NCBI GenBank assembly: GCA_963767925.1
Contig: CAVYGB010000008.1
Span: 1,280,001 to 1,344,000 of the forward strand
DNA: 64,000 nt
Reading direction: 5' to 3'
Origin: an uncultured delta proteobacterium
Lineage (GTDB): Bacteria; Myxococcota_A; Polyangia; Fen-1088
Part shown: piece by piece, positions 34,578 to 44,620 of the stretch
Layout of the letters: the number at the start of each line of letters is the position of its first letter
Position numbering within the stretch: position 1 is the stretch's first letter
The notes under the pieces: model-generated
Told to the model about the DNA's origin: nothing
Database searches by the model: none
What the model saw: only the letters and a program-made list of their open reading frames with translations
Made by a program: the position numbers and the translations under genes

Positions 34578-36188
34578 ATGACGATCCGACGGCAACTCGG
34601 CCTCTTCTTCTTCGCCTTCTTCCTGTACCTGCTCTTCGGCAGCCGGGAGGTGCCCTGGACCGACGCCAAGCGCCTGCACATGGTGGCCGAGTCGATCGTG
34701 CACCGGAACGCGGTGGACATCGACATCCAGACCTCGCTCGTGCGCGACGGCAAGCACTACGCCTTCAACCCGTTTCTGACCTCCGCCGTCCACATCCCCG
34801 GCGCGGCCCTGCACAAATACGTCCTCGAGACCTGGCCGCGGGCAGGCGCCGCCACCAAGGCCCTCGGGAGCCACCTGGGGCCGGCCCTGTCGGCCGCCCT
34901 CGTGTGCCTGTTCTTCTGCCTGCTCTGCCGGGATCTGGGCGTCTCCCTGGTGGTCGCGAACCTGTCCACAGTGGTCCTCGCGGTCGGCACCATGATCGCG
35001 GTCTATGCCCGATCCCCCTATTCGGAGATCGTCCAGACCGCCGCCTTCATGGGCCTGTTTCTGTGGGTCCTGCGGGTGGCCCGCCGCCCGAGCATCGCCG
35101 CCGCGCTGGCGGTCGGGTTCTGGGCGGGGATGGTGGTCAACACGAAGGCGATCTACGTCCTGTCCTTTCCCGGGGCGTTTGCCCTGGCCGGCTGGATCAT
35201 CTACCGGGAGCACGGGCCCGGCCGGCTCCTGCGGACGATCGGCTGGGCCGCGGTCGGCGCGCTGCCGGGGCTGTTCATGCTGCTGGCCTACAATGACGCC
35301 CGCACGGGGTCGATGACCAACATCGGTTATCCCCTGGCCGAGCAGGCAAAGCGGGAGTTCATCGAGAAGCCGCTGTTCGGCCTGATCGGCCTGTTGTTTT
35401 CCCCCGGCAAGAGCCTGTTTCTCTACAGCCCGCCGCTCATCGTGAGCCTGTTTGCCCTTCCCCACGCCCTGCGCAGCCGGCCGCGCACCTGGTTCTGGCT
35501 GCTGCTTCTGACTTGCGGCCCGGTGATCTGGTTCTACTCGCGGTTCGTCTTCTGGAGCGGAGACTGGTGCTGGGGCCCCCGATATCTGCTCTTCCTCGTC
35601 CCGCTGTTGCTGCTGCCGGCCGTCTTCCTCCTCGAGGATCTCTGGCGCCGGCGCCGCGGAATCGCCGTGGCGGCGACCGCCGTCGTGCTGGCGGCCGGGC
35701 TGTTCGTGCAGGTGCTGGGCGGCCTGTTTTACTGGGACCACTTCATCCGCATCTCGCAGGACGTGCAGCGCCAGTGGCTGGGGAGCCCCAACCGGGCCGG
35801 CGCGACGAGCCCCATCCGACCGGGCGGCTCCTGCGATCCCTGCTTCGAGGACTTCTACGCCTTCAACTGGCTGCCTCCCTTCTCCCAGCTCCGCGGCCAT
35901 TACTGGCTGGCAGGTCACGTCTGGAACGAGCGCACCTGGCAACAGGCCGAGGCCGACGCCCCCTGGCGGCCGTACACGACCCTCAAGTTCAACTTCGCCA
36001 ACAGCTACCTGCGCACCCGCCTGGACTGGTGGTACTTCGACTGGCGCGAGGGGTGGCTGCGCCCGGCCGGCCTCCGGCTGCTGAGGCTGATGAGCGTCGC
36101 CACCGGACTTGGCGCCCTCCTGTGGTGGTGCCCTCCGCTGCGGTTGCGGCTGCGGCGCCGCGGAAAGCTCCCGCGGGAGTCGACCTGA
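34578..36188 (+). CDS. Polytopic membrane protein, putative GT-C (lipid-carrier-dependent) glycosyltransferase
   Basis: About 10 TM helices; YARSPYSE, LFSPGKSLFLYSP, WSGDWCWGPRYL motifs; glycan-locus context. Confidence 0.65.
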   Translation: MTIRRQLGLFFFAFFLYLLFGSREVPWTDAKRLHMVAESIVHRNAVDIDIQTSLVRDGKHYAFNPFLTSAVHIPGAALHKYVLETWPRAGAATKALGSHLGPALSAALVCLFFCLLCRDLGVSLVVANLSTVVLAVGTMIAVYARSPYSEIVQTAAFMGLFLWVLRVARRPSIAAALAVGFWAGMVVNTKAIYVLSFPGAFALAGWIIYREHGPGRLLRTIGWAAVGALPGLFMLLAYNDARTGSMTNIGYPLAEQAKREFIEKPLFGLIGLLFSPGKSLFLYSPPLIVSLFALPHALRSRPRTWFWLLLLTCGPVIWFYSRFVFWSGDWCWGPRYLLFLVPLLLLPAVFLLEDLWRRRRGIAVAATAVVLAAGLFVQVLGGLFYWDHFIRISQDVQRQWLGSPNRAGATSPIRPGGSCDPCFEDFYAFNWLPPFSQLRGHYWLAGHVWNERTWQQAEADAPWRPYTTLKFNFANSYLRTRLDWWYFDWREGWLRPAGLRLLRLMSVATGLGALLWWCPPLRLRLRRRGKLPREST

Positions 36189-36237
36189 GCGGCAGGCGTT
36201 GACGCCCTCCCGATCCGGAAACGAGTATAAGAGGGCC

Positions 36238-36957
36238 GTGTCGTCCCCAGGCAGCAGCGGATCGAACCGGCTCGACGAGCTGGACTTCTCGGCCCACGAC
36301 GGGCTGAACGCGCTCACCATCGACTACCGGTACCGGCGGCTGGCCGCCTTTTACCAGGGGCGGAGCTGCCTGGAGTTCGGCTGCGCCGACGGGCGGGGGC
36401 TGGAGTTCCTCCTCGAGCGGTTCGAGGCGGTGACCGCCGTCGATGGGTCGGCCCGTCTGCTCGAAGAGACGCGCCGGCGGGTGACCTCGCCCCGCCTGAC
36501 CCTGGTCCAGGGCTTCTTCGAGGAGATCGATCTGGGACGGACCTTCGACACCGTGCAGATGGGACACATCCTCGAGCACGTCGACGACCCCCGGCGGGTG
36601 ATCGAGGTCGGCATCAAGCACCTGGCTCCCGAGGGCGTCCTCATCGCCGACGTCCCGAACGCCAACTCGATCCACCGGCACGTCGGCGTCTCGCTGGGCA
36701 TGATCGAACAGGTCACCGATCTCAACGACGCCGACGTCCGCATCGGCCATCAGCGGGTCTACACCTGGGACCGGTTCCGCCAGGAGTTCGAGGCGCTCGG
36801 CCTGCGCATCGTCGAGCAGGGGGGCGTGTTTCTCAAGCCGCTCTCCAACGCGCAGATGGAGCAGTCCCTCTCGCCCGAGCAGATCCGGGCGTTCTTCGCG
36901 GTGGGCGAGCGCTTCCCCGAGATCGCCGCCGAGATCTACGTCGTCTGCCGGCGCTGA
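36238..36957 (+). CDS. Class I SAM-dependent methyltransferase
   Basis: CLEFGCADG, VDGS, HILEHVDDP, DVPNANS. Confidence 0.9.
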   Translation: MSSPGSSGSNRLDELDFSAHDGLNALTIDYRYRRLAAFYQGRSCLEFGCADGRGLEFLLERFEAVTAVDGSARLLEETRRRVTSPRLTLVQGFFEEIDLGRTFDTVQMGHILEHVDDPRRVIEVGIKHLAPEGVLIADVPNANSIHRHVGVSLGMIEQVTDLNDADVRIGHQRVYTWDRFRQEFEALGLRIVEQGGVFLKPLSNAQMEQSLSPEQIRAFFAVGERFPEIAAEIYVVCRR

Positions 36958-36990
36958 CCGGCCGGAGCTCGGCGGCGAGGACGTCGGCGG

Positions 36991-37611
36991 TCAGGCCAGC
37001 AGCCGGTCGAGGTCCAGCTCGGCGAACGAGCGCACGACGAGATCGGCCTCCTCGATGGGGACCCGGGCCAGGGCGGGGTTCACGCGCAGGACGCGAAGGA
37101 TCCCCAGCGCGGCGCCGACCTTCATGTCGTGGATGGTGTCGCCCACCATCCGGCAGCTCTCGGCCGGGAGCCCGAGGCGGTCCAGCACCAGCCGGGTGGC
37201 GGCGGGGTCCGGCTTCGGCGGGACCTCGTCGTCGAGGGCGACGATGGCGGCAGGAGCGGGCAGGGTCAGGTCGGCGAAGGCCGCCCGGATGGTGGCCTGG
37301 CAGTTGCGGGTGTAGATGGCGAACGGAACCGCGCGGTCGCGCAGGCGGTCGAGGAGCACGCGGGCGTCCGGGTAGAAGGCGCCCCGGGTTACCCCCGCGG
37401 CCTCGTGCTCGGCGAGGATGGCAAGCATCCGGGCCCGCTCCGCGGGCGGAGCCTTCAGGAGGTGATCGGTGACCCGACCCGCCCGGCTCCTCTCGGCGCC
37501 GCCGAAGGCGGCCGGCAACTCGGCCACCAGGGCCCGCCAGAGCGCCTCGTAGTCGGTGGCCAGGTGAAACAGGGTCCCGTCGAAGTCGAAGATGATCGCT
37601 CGGCCGGTCAC
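36991..37611 (-). CDS. HAD family hydrolase
   Basis: IIFDFDGTL, TRN, KPDP, VGDTIHD; GTG overlaps upstream stop. Confidence 0.88.
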   Translation of the reverse strand: MTGRAIIFDFDGTLFHLATDYEALWRALVAELPAAFGGAERSRAGRVTDHLLKAPPAERARMLAILAEHEAAGVTRGAFYPDARVLLDRLRDRAVPFAIYTRNCQATIRAAFADLTLPAPAAIVALDDEVPPKPDPAATRLVLDRLGLPAESCRMVGDTIHDMKVGAALGILRVLRVNPALARVPIEEADLVVRSFAELDLDRLLA

Positions 37612-38675
37612 GCCCGCTCGGCCTTCCAGTCCTCGCCCTTCACCAGGGTGAACCCCATGTCGATCATGCGCACCCACCACCAGTCGGCGGGGACCGGGTT
37701 GTAGGTCGGAAAGGCGGGGACCTCCTGGCCGAGGCCCAGCCGCAGGTAGGTGAGCGGGAAGTTGACCCCGCAGTGGGCGTAGAAGTTGCTCGTCGTGAAG
37801 AAGCGGCCGCAGTTGATCTCGGTGACCCGGGGCTGCCCCTGCGCGTTCTCCTTGAGGTCGACGCAGAAGACGCCGTGGGGAGCCGGGTCGGACGCCAGGA
37901 TGGCCCGGGTGGACAGCTCGTTGACGTCGTCCCGGTGGACCGTGCGAGCCACCGAGGGCGAAGAGCTCTGTCCACTCGGCGTGAGGTGCCCGAAGATGTA
38001 CTCCACCCGCTCCCGGGCTTGCGACACGACCAGGCGCCCCCGGTGCCAGAGGCTCTGGAAGGCGAACTCGCGCCCGGGCAGGAACTCGCTCACCATGAAG
38101 TCGCCCCAGCCGAGGTTGCGCATGGTCTTCCAGTAGTCGACCCAGGCGCGCGCGTGCTCGACCTTCTTGACCGGCAGGCTGGCCCGTCCGCCCGCGCCCC
38201 GGATGGCCCGCAGCCAGGCCTTCTCGTGACGAGAGAAGAGGGCGCCGAGGGCGGACTCCAGGTCGGCCTCGCTCTGGAGGAAATAGGCCTCCGGAACCGG
38301 CAGCCCCGCCTGCGACATGATGCGGTTGAATTCCATCTTGTCGGCGCACCGGCGCACGGTTTCGTCGGGCGGCAGGAAGGTCGTGGCTCCGATCTCGTGG
38401 CGCCTGCGGGAGATCACGTCGACCTCGACGTCGGGCTGTGCGTGGAGGAAGTCCACCTTCTCCCGCTCGATGATCCGGTTGAGGGCGTCGAGGTAGTCCG
38501 GTGAGTCGGCGCGGGGGACCAGGTAGTTGCGGTCGGTCCGCGTGAGCGGCAGGTGGTGGGGCTTGACGTCGGCCCCGACGATGTAGAGGGACTCTTCCGC
38601 CTGAGCCAGACGAAGAGCATCGACGAAATTGTGAGCAGCCGAGCCGCCCGCTCCTGTGACGAGAATGCGTTTCAT
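37608..38675 (-). CDS. ATP-grasp domain protein (carbamoyl-phosphate-synthase-like)
   Basis: ILVTGAGG N-terminus, CADK, SEFLPGREF, VDLKEN..VTEINCGRF. Confidence 0.8.
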   Translation of the reverse strand: MKRILVTGAGGSAAHNFVDALRLAQAEESLYIVGADVKPHHLPLTRTDRNYLVPRADSPDYLDALNRIIEREKVDFLHAQPDVEVDVISRRRHEIGATTFLPPDETVRRCADKMEFNRIMSQAGLPVPEAYFLQSEADLESALGALFSRHEKAWLRAIRGAGGRASLPVKKVEHARAWVDYWKTMRNLGWGDFMVSEFLPGREFAFQSLWHRGRLVVSQARERVEYIFGHLTPSGQSSSPSVARTVHRDDVNELSTRAILASDPAPHGVFCVDLKENAQGQPRVTEINCGRFFTTSNFYAHCGVNFPLTYLRLGLGQEVPAFPTYNPVPADWWWVRMIDMGFTLVKGEDWKAERA

Positions 38676-39586
38676 GTTGTCTCGGTCGCTGTCTCCTCGA
38701 CCCCGGGGAAGTGCTCGACCGCCGGGCTGGTCAGCCACATGGCGACGAACGCTCCCCCCAGCAGGGCGAAGCCGGCCAATCCCAGCAGGGGGTTGAGGGT
38801 GAGCAAGGAGAGGACCATCAGGCCGGTCGAGGCGAGCAACAGCAGCAACGAGCTGCGATCCCGCAGGGGACCGATCGCGACCCGGCTGCCGACGATGCGC
38901 GCCATCTTGCCCAGGGTCTTCGGGATCTGCTTGTGCAGCACGATCGACGAGACCTCGCGGCCATAGCGGGAGGGGCTCGGCAGCAGGGCGAAGCGACAGC
39001 CGATCCGTCGGAACTCGGTCATCATGGTGTTCTCGAGATCGTAACCGGCGGCGATGGCGCCCAGGTCCATCTCCTCGAACACCCGGCGGCGGGCCAGCAG
39101 GTAGCCGTGCAACACGTCGCTCATGCCCCGGTAGCCAAGGATGATCTGCATGAGCGCGGACACGCCGAGGTTTCCCCAGTAGCGAAAGCGCGGCATGGTG
39201 TGCAGCGAGGCCTGGTGCAAGAAGCGCGAGCCCTTGGCCACCTCCAGATCGGGGTGATCCAGGAGCACCTGGCGAAACCGGGGGATGAGGCGCTCGTCAC
39301 ACTGGTTGTCGGAGCCGATGATTCCGATGGCCTCGACCTGGGGGTCGGCCAGGAGCGCCTGCAGCCCGGTGATCACCGCCGCCCCGACCCCTCGATTGCG
39401 CGGGTGGTGAACGGCTGTCACCCGGGGGCCGTGGCGGGTGGCCAGCTCGTCGGCGATGCGGGGCGTGGCGTCCCGGCTTCCGTCGTTGACGACGACCAGC
39501 CGTTCGACCAAGGGAAGCACACCCGCAACCGTCTCCGCCAGCAGGAGCTCTTCGTTGTAGGCCGGCATCACGAAGCCGATTCGCAT
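38672..39586 (-). CDS. GT2 glycosyltransferase (polyprenol-phosphate GT-like, C-terminal TM hairpin)
   Basis: MPAYNEE, VNDGSRDAT, NRGVGAA, GSRF, two C-terminal hydrophobic helices. Confidence 0.88.
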   Translation of the reverse strand: MRIGFVMPAYNEELLLAETVAGVLPLVERLVVVNDGSRDATPRIADELATRHGPRVTAVHHPRNRGVGAAVITGLQALLADPQVEAIGIIGSDNQCDERLIPRFRQVLLDHPDLEVAKGSRFLHQASLHTMPRFRYWGNLGVSALMQIILGYRGMSDVLHGYLLARRRVFEEMDLGAIAAGYDLENTMMTEFRRIGCRFALLPSPSRYGREVSSIVLHKQIPKTLGKMARIVGSRVAIGPLRDRSSLLLLLASTGLMVLSLLTLNPLLGLAGFALLGGAFVAMWLTSPAVEHFPGVEETATETT

Positions 39587-39669
39587 CGGCCTTCCGGCTA
39601 ACACGCGCGGCCCGGGCAGTGCAACCATGACTCGCCGCGCTCTACGAGCGTCTGGTATGGTTCCCGGCG

Positions 39670-40704
39670 GTGAAACCCAAGCCTGTTCCCACCCTCGTGA
39701 TCGGATACGGAAACATGGGGAGCAAACACGCCCGCGCCCTCCGTCAGCTCGGGGGAGCGGGCACGGTCTGGGGGGTGGTGGACCCGCGCGCCGAACGCCG
39801 CAGCCGGGCCGAGGTGGACAACGAGGGGTGCCGGACGTTCGCCCAGGTCACCGACGCCCTCTCCGCGGCGCAGCCGCCCCCTTGCGCCATCGTCGCCGCC
39901 GCGACGCGCTACCATTACGACATCACCCGCGTGTTGCTCGAGCGTGGCATCCCCACCCTGGTGGAAAAGCCGATCGCCGCGAGCAGCGAGCACGGCCGGC
40001 TCCTGCTGGAGATGGGCACCCGGATGAACACGCTGCTCACCGTCGGTCACGTCGAGCGTTTCAATCCGGCGGCGGTCGCCGCCCGGCGCCTCGTCATGGA
40101 GAAGGTCCTCGGCGATCTCATCCAGATCAGCTTTCGCCGGGTCGGAGGCACGCCCTCCGACGTCGCCGCCTCGGGGGACGTCCTGTCCGACCTGGCGGTG
40201 CACGACTTCGATCTCGCGCGGTTCATCACCGCCGGCGAGCTCACGGTCTCCGAGGCGCTCGGCCACCGGGAAGGGGGGAGGATCGACGGGGTCCTCGTGC
40301 TGGGGGCCATCTCCACTGGCGCCTCCTTGCAGCTCCAGGTGAACTGGCGAACGCCGGTGAAGATCCGCCGCATCGAGCTCACCGGGACGCTGGGGTACGC
40401 CGAGATAAACCTGATCACCCAGCAGGTGGTCCTGTACCGGCAGAACCCCCTGCTGGTCGAGAAGGTCTCCGACCCCGACACGCACTCCTACTACAACGAC
40501 TACTTGCTCTCGTTCGCCTCCCCCGACCGCGTGGAGCTGGGGATCGTTCGCAAGGAGCCGCTGCAGGAGGAGCTGGGCGCCTTCTGGCGCGCCATCGAGC
40601 AGAAGGAGCCGGCGCCGGTGTCGGTCGCCGATGCCGTGGTCGCCGTCGAGCTCGCCGAGGCTACCCGGGCCCGTCTGGACGAGGAGAAGACCAGCCGCCG
40701 CTAG
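39670..40704 (+). CDS. Gfo/Idh/MocA oxidoreductase (WbpB-like)
   Basis: IGYGNMG, LVEKPIA, VGHVERFNPA, DLAVHDFD. Confidence 0.9.
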   Translation: MKPKPVPTLVIGYGNMGSKHARALRQLGGAGTVWGVVDPRAERRSRAEVDNEGCRTFAQVTDALSAAQPPPCAIVAAATRYHYDITRVLLERGIPTLVEKPIAASSEHGRLLLEMGTRMNTLLTVGHVERFNPAAVAARRLVMEKVLGDLIQISFRRVGGTPSDVAASGDVLSDLAVHDFDLARFITAGELTVSEALGHREGGRIDGVLVLGAISTGASLQLQVNWRTPVKIRRIELTGTLGYAEINLITQQVVLYRQNPLLVEKVSDPDTHSYYNDYLLSFASPDRVELGIVRKEPLQEELGAFWRAIEQKEPAPVSVADAVVAVELAEATRARLDEEKTSRR

Positions 40705-41871
40705 CAGAGCCGCTAGCACGTTCGTCGAGCTGCCGCTTGATCCAGAGGGCGGTGACGACGACACAGGCCGCCTGGATGAGGTACATCATCGGCGACATCC
40801 AGGGGCCGCCGGTCAGGAACAGCGACTGGGTGGGGAACTCCTGGGACTTGCCCCGGAGCCCCCCGTCGATGGTCAGCCAGAGCTTGGAATAGAACAGGGA
40901 GACGGCGGCCAGGGCGAGGAGCGTCGGCCGGGGCAGGCGCAGGTCGTCGACGAGCTTGATCCCGAAGGGCAAGAGGATGGCGGCGAAAGTGAACGACTGT
41001 CGGGATTCGCTCCCGATGGCCACCGTGAGCGCCAGCAACGTGGTCAAGGTCACACCCATCCCTTGCTGGTGGAAGAGCGTGCAGACCTGGCGCCAGCGCA
41101 GGGCCATGACGATGACGATGGGCCCGAAGAACAGCACGTGGGCCAGCAGGGAGATGGCGGGCTTGGCCGTGCTGGTGAACGTGAACGCGTTGAGGGTGCC
41201 GAACACCGTGATCCCGCTGCCCTTGCCGACCCGCCAGACGGTGCCGTGGACCACCAGAATCGCGATCAGCGCCAGCAGGGTGCGGGGCCGCAGCAGGGTC
41301 TGGCAGTAAAACGAGAACCGATACAGCGGCCGGGCGTCGATCAGCCGGCGGATGTAAAAGAAGATGAACAGGGCCGCGAGCGCGATGCTCAGGCGCACGA
41401 CCTCGTAGATGGGCTGGTCGACCTCGGCGATCGATTGTCCGTAGGCCGATCCCGGGTGCAAGCGATCGGCGTGCAGCCGCTGACAGAGGACGGCCCAGGC
41501 GAGGGCGGGGAGAGCGGCGAGGGCCAGCACCAGCCAGCGCGGTCCGCCGGGCTGTCCGTCCGGCGCCGCCGTCACCTGCCCCTGCTTACCGAACAGGATC
41601 AGCGGAATGGCGGCGGGGAGGATGGTCGGCCAGGCAAAGGCCCCCACCACGGCGGTGAGCGTCAGGAGGACCGGCCGGTTCGCCAGGTAGAAGGACAGGA
41701 GGAACAGGCCGAAGGCGAAGCCCCACATGTCGCCGAGCACCGGGTAATACGCGGTCCACTTGGCGTTGCCAAAGCTGCCGAACAGGACGCAGGCCCCGAA
41801 GACCTGCCCGATCCGTGCGCGACGGGCGTGCGGGGCAGGGCGGTTTCGTCGAAGGTGCCTTCCTGGCTCAT
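40661..41871 (-). CDS. Polytopic membrane protein; 5' end frameshifted or truncated
   Basis: Frame is open past 41740 (RIGQVFGACVLFGSFGNAKWTAYYPVLGD) with no in-frame ATG; plausible start MSQEG.. at 41871 is in another frame; multiple TMs, ESRQ motif. Confidence 0.5.
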
Positions 41872-42330
41872 GGCCGGCACCTCGGCAGGCGACAGGTGCG
41901 CGCCTGGAAAGCGCATCACCCTGTTGTGGCGATTATTACGAATAATCTTTTGTGTGTCAGGAATTCGTCAGCTTCGCGCATGAATCGTCCGACCGTTCTG
42001 CCCTTCCGTCGTTCTCAATGTCGGCCGTGAACGCGCCGGATTCGGCAAATCGAGGGATCAAAATTGGGGGCCGTTTGCGAGCGGCCGTCTCGATTCGCTC
42101 GAACGAGGGCCGGCGGACGTTACCCGCGCAGAAATGTGTTGAGAAGCCGGGAGGCAATGCGATTGCGTTTACCTGGGTTTCCCTGAGACGCGGGGAGGAA
42201 GGGGGACGATCTCGCTGCCGCAGGCAGCGCGCGGCTCGGTTGCAGTCAGCGACTGGATCCAAACAGGGCAGCAATCGAAACGTGCAACAGGTCACGCCGC
42301 ACCCGAAGACATCACGGGCCGCAGGCCAAA

Positions 42331-42374
42331 AACTCAAGAAGAACTCAAGAATAACTCAAGAAGAACTCATGATG
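42331..42374 (+). repeat. Four 11-bp direct repeats upstream of a TTGACA box
   Basis: aactcaagaag aactcaagaat aactcaagaag aactcatgatg; TTGACA at 42392-42397. Confidence 0.85.
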
Positions 42375-42478
42375 AGGCACGTGGTAAGGACTTGACACAC
42401 CCCACGAGCGTGCGACATCATGCTGGCGGCTTTTTCGAACTATCTTGTCCTTGAGCGTCCCAAGTTAAGCCCAAGAAA

Positions 42479-43495
42479 ATGAGCCGCATCAAAGTCGCCG
42501 TCGTGGGAATGGGGTACTGGGGGCCGAACCTGGTTCGCAACTTCCAGGCGACCGACGACTACGAGCTCGTCGGCCTGGTGGATTCGAATCCCAAGCGGCT
42601 CGAGCGGGTTGGCTCTTCTTACCCCTGGGCGCGAGGCTTCACCTCTCTGGGATTGGCCCTGGCCGAGGCCAGGCCGGAGCTGGTGGCGGTGGCCACCCCG
42701 GTCGCCAGCCACTTTCCGCTGGCCTTGCAGGCGCTGAAGGCTGGCTGCCACGTCCTCTGCGAGAAGCCCCTGGCAGCGACCGTCTCCGAAGCGGAGACCC
42801 TGCTCGAGACGGCCACCCGGGAGAAGCGGCGCCTCTTCGTCGATCACACGTTCACCTACACCGGCGCCGTGCGGCTCATCCGGGAGCAGTTCCAGGGGGG
42901 GCAGCTCGGCGACCTCTTCTACATCGACTCGGTCCGGATCAACCTCGGGCTCTTCCAGCCAGACACCGACGTGATCTGGGATCTGGCGCCCCACGACCTC
43001 TCCATCCTCGGCCACGTCCTGGGGCAAAAGGTGAAGTCGCTGCAGGCCACCGGCTCCTGCCACAACCCCCGCAAGTTCGCCGACGTCGCCCACCTGGCCC
43101 TGGAATATGAAAGCGGCGTGACCGCCCACCTGCACCTGTCCTGGCTGTCGCCGGTCAAGGTGCGGCGGATGATCTTCTCGGGGACCAAGTCATCGATCAT
43201 CTACGACGACCTCGAGGCGTCCGAGAAGATCAAGATCTACGACGCCGGAGTGAACTTCGACGTGGCGGACGTGGAGACCCGCAAGCAGGTCATGGTCAAC
43301 TACCGGCGTGGCGACATGCGGGCCCCCGCGCTCGACAACAAGGAAGCGCTCTCCGTGCAGGTCAAGGAGATCGCCCGCGCGCTGCGCGGCGCAGACCTTC
43401 GGCTAGCTAACGCCGAGGACGGTCTCGCCATCGTCCGCGTGCTCGAGGCCTGCGGCCGATCGATGGCCGCGGAGGGCGCGCGGGTTCGTCTCTGA
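42479..43495 (+). CDS. Gfo/Idh/MocA oxidoreductase
   Basis: VGMGYWGPNLVRNF, CEKPLA, WDLAPHD, SWLSPVKVR. Confidence 0.92.
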   Translation: MSRIKVAVVGMGYWGPNLVRNFQATDDYELVGLVDSNPKRLERVGSSYPWARGFTSLGLALAEARPELVAVATPVASHFPLALQALKAGCHVLCEKPLAATVSEAETLLETATREKRRLFVDHTFTYTGAVRLIREQFQGGQLGDLFYIDSVRINLGLFQPDTDVIWDLAPHDLSILGHVLGQKVKSLQATGSCHNPRKFADVAHLALEYESGVTAHLHLSWLSPVKVRRMIFSGTKSSIIYDDLEASEKIKIYDAGVNFDVADVETRKQVMVNYRRGDMRAPALDNKEALSVQVKEIARALRGADLRLANAEDGLAIVRVLEACGRSMAAEGARVRL

Positions 43496-43507
43496 CGGAA
43501 GCCAGCC

Positions 43508-44620
43508 ATGCCGGTCCCGTTCTTCTCGCTGCGCGAGCAGACCGCCGCCCTCAAGGCGGACGTCCTGGCCGCCTTCGATCAGGTCATCGATAGCCAGGGC
43601 TTCGCCAACGGCCCGGCCGTGGCGGCGTTCGAGTCCCAGCTCGCCCAGTACCTGGGGGTCAAGGAGGTCGTCTGCGTCAACAGCGGCACCACCGCGCTGC
43701 AGGCCGCCCTCATCTGCGCCGGGGTCCAGCCCGGCGACGACGTGCTCACCGTCTCGCACACCTGGATCTCGACGGTCTGGGCGATCAACTACGTCGGCGC
43801 CCGGCCGGTGTTCGCGGACATCGATCCCCAGACCTGTGGCCTCGACCCCGCCGAGCTCGAGCGCCGGATCACCCCCCGGACGAGGGCCATCGTGCCGGTC
43901 CACCTCTACGGCCTGCCGGTCGATCTGGACCCGCTGCTCGACTTCGCCCGGCGGCGCGGTCTGCCGGTGATCGAGGACGCGGCCCAGTCGGTGGGAGCCC
44001 GCTACCAGGGCCGCCAGACCGGGAGCTTCGGGCTGGTCAACGCCACCAGCTTCTACCCGGGCAAGAACCTGGGCGCCTTCGGGGAGGGCGGCGCGGTCAT
44101 GACCGACGACGTCCAGATCGCGGCCCGGGTGCGACGCCTCAGGGATCATGCCCAGAGCGGCCGACACCATCATGTCGAGCTGGGCTTCAACTGGCGCATG
44201 GATGGCCTTCAAGGGGCCGTCCTGTCCATCAAGCTCGCGCACCTGGATCGCTGGAACCAGCGCCGCCGGGAGATCGCTGCCCGCTACTTCGAGCGGCTGG
44301 AGGGCCTGCCCGGCCTGCGGCTGCTGCGCGCGCCCGCCACGGCGGAGCCGAACTGGCACATCTTCCCGGTCTTTCACGACCGGCGCGACGAGGTGCGGGC
44401 CCGCCTCGAAGGGCGGGGGATCCAGACCGGTGTTCACTACCCCCGGCCGGTTCACCTCCAGCCGGTTTATGCCTCCCTGGGCCTCTCGGTGGGCGCCCTG
44501 CCGAGGTCCGAGGCGGCGGCCCGGACCGAGATCTCGCTGCCGATGTTCCCGGAGCTCTCCGATCAGGCCATCGATCAGGTCGCCACGGCCCTGACCGAGG
44601 TATGTCTTGAGCTCCGGTGA
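43508..44620 (+). CDS. DegT family aminotransferase
   Basis: NSGTTAL, VHLYG, EDAAQ, SFYPGKNLGAFGEGG, HYPRPVHLQ. Confidence 0.93.
   Translation: MPVPFFSLREQTAALKADVLAAFDQVIDSQGFANGPAVAAFESQLAQYLGVKEVVCVNSGTTALQAALICAGVQPGDDVLTVSHTWISTVWAINYVGARPVFADIDPQTCGLDPAELERRITPRTRAIVPVHLYGLPVDLDPLLDFARRRGLPVIEDAAQSVGARYQGRQTGSFGLVNATSFYPGKNLGAFGEGGAVMTDDVQIAARVRRLRDHAQSGRHHHVELGFNWRMDGLQGAVLSIKLAHLDRWNQRRREIAARYFERLEGLPGLRLLRAPATAEPNWHIFPVFHDRRDEVRARLEGRGIQTGVHYPRPVHLQPVYASLGLSVGALPRSEAAARTEISLPMFPELSDQAIDQVATALTEVCLELR

Noticed and set aside
41952..42395. 147-aa and 126-aa ORFs in the glycan promoter region
   Set aside because: Codon usage is atypical, there is no SD or motif, and they overlap the repeat/promoter elements; likely non-coding.
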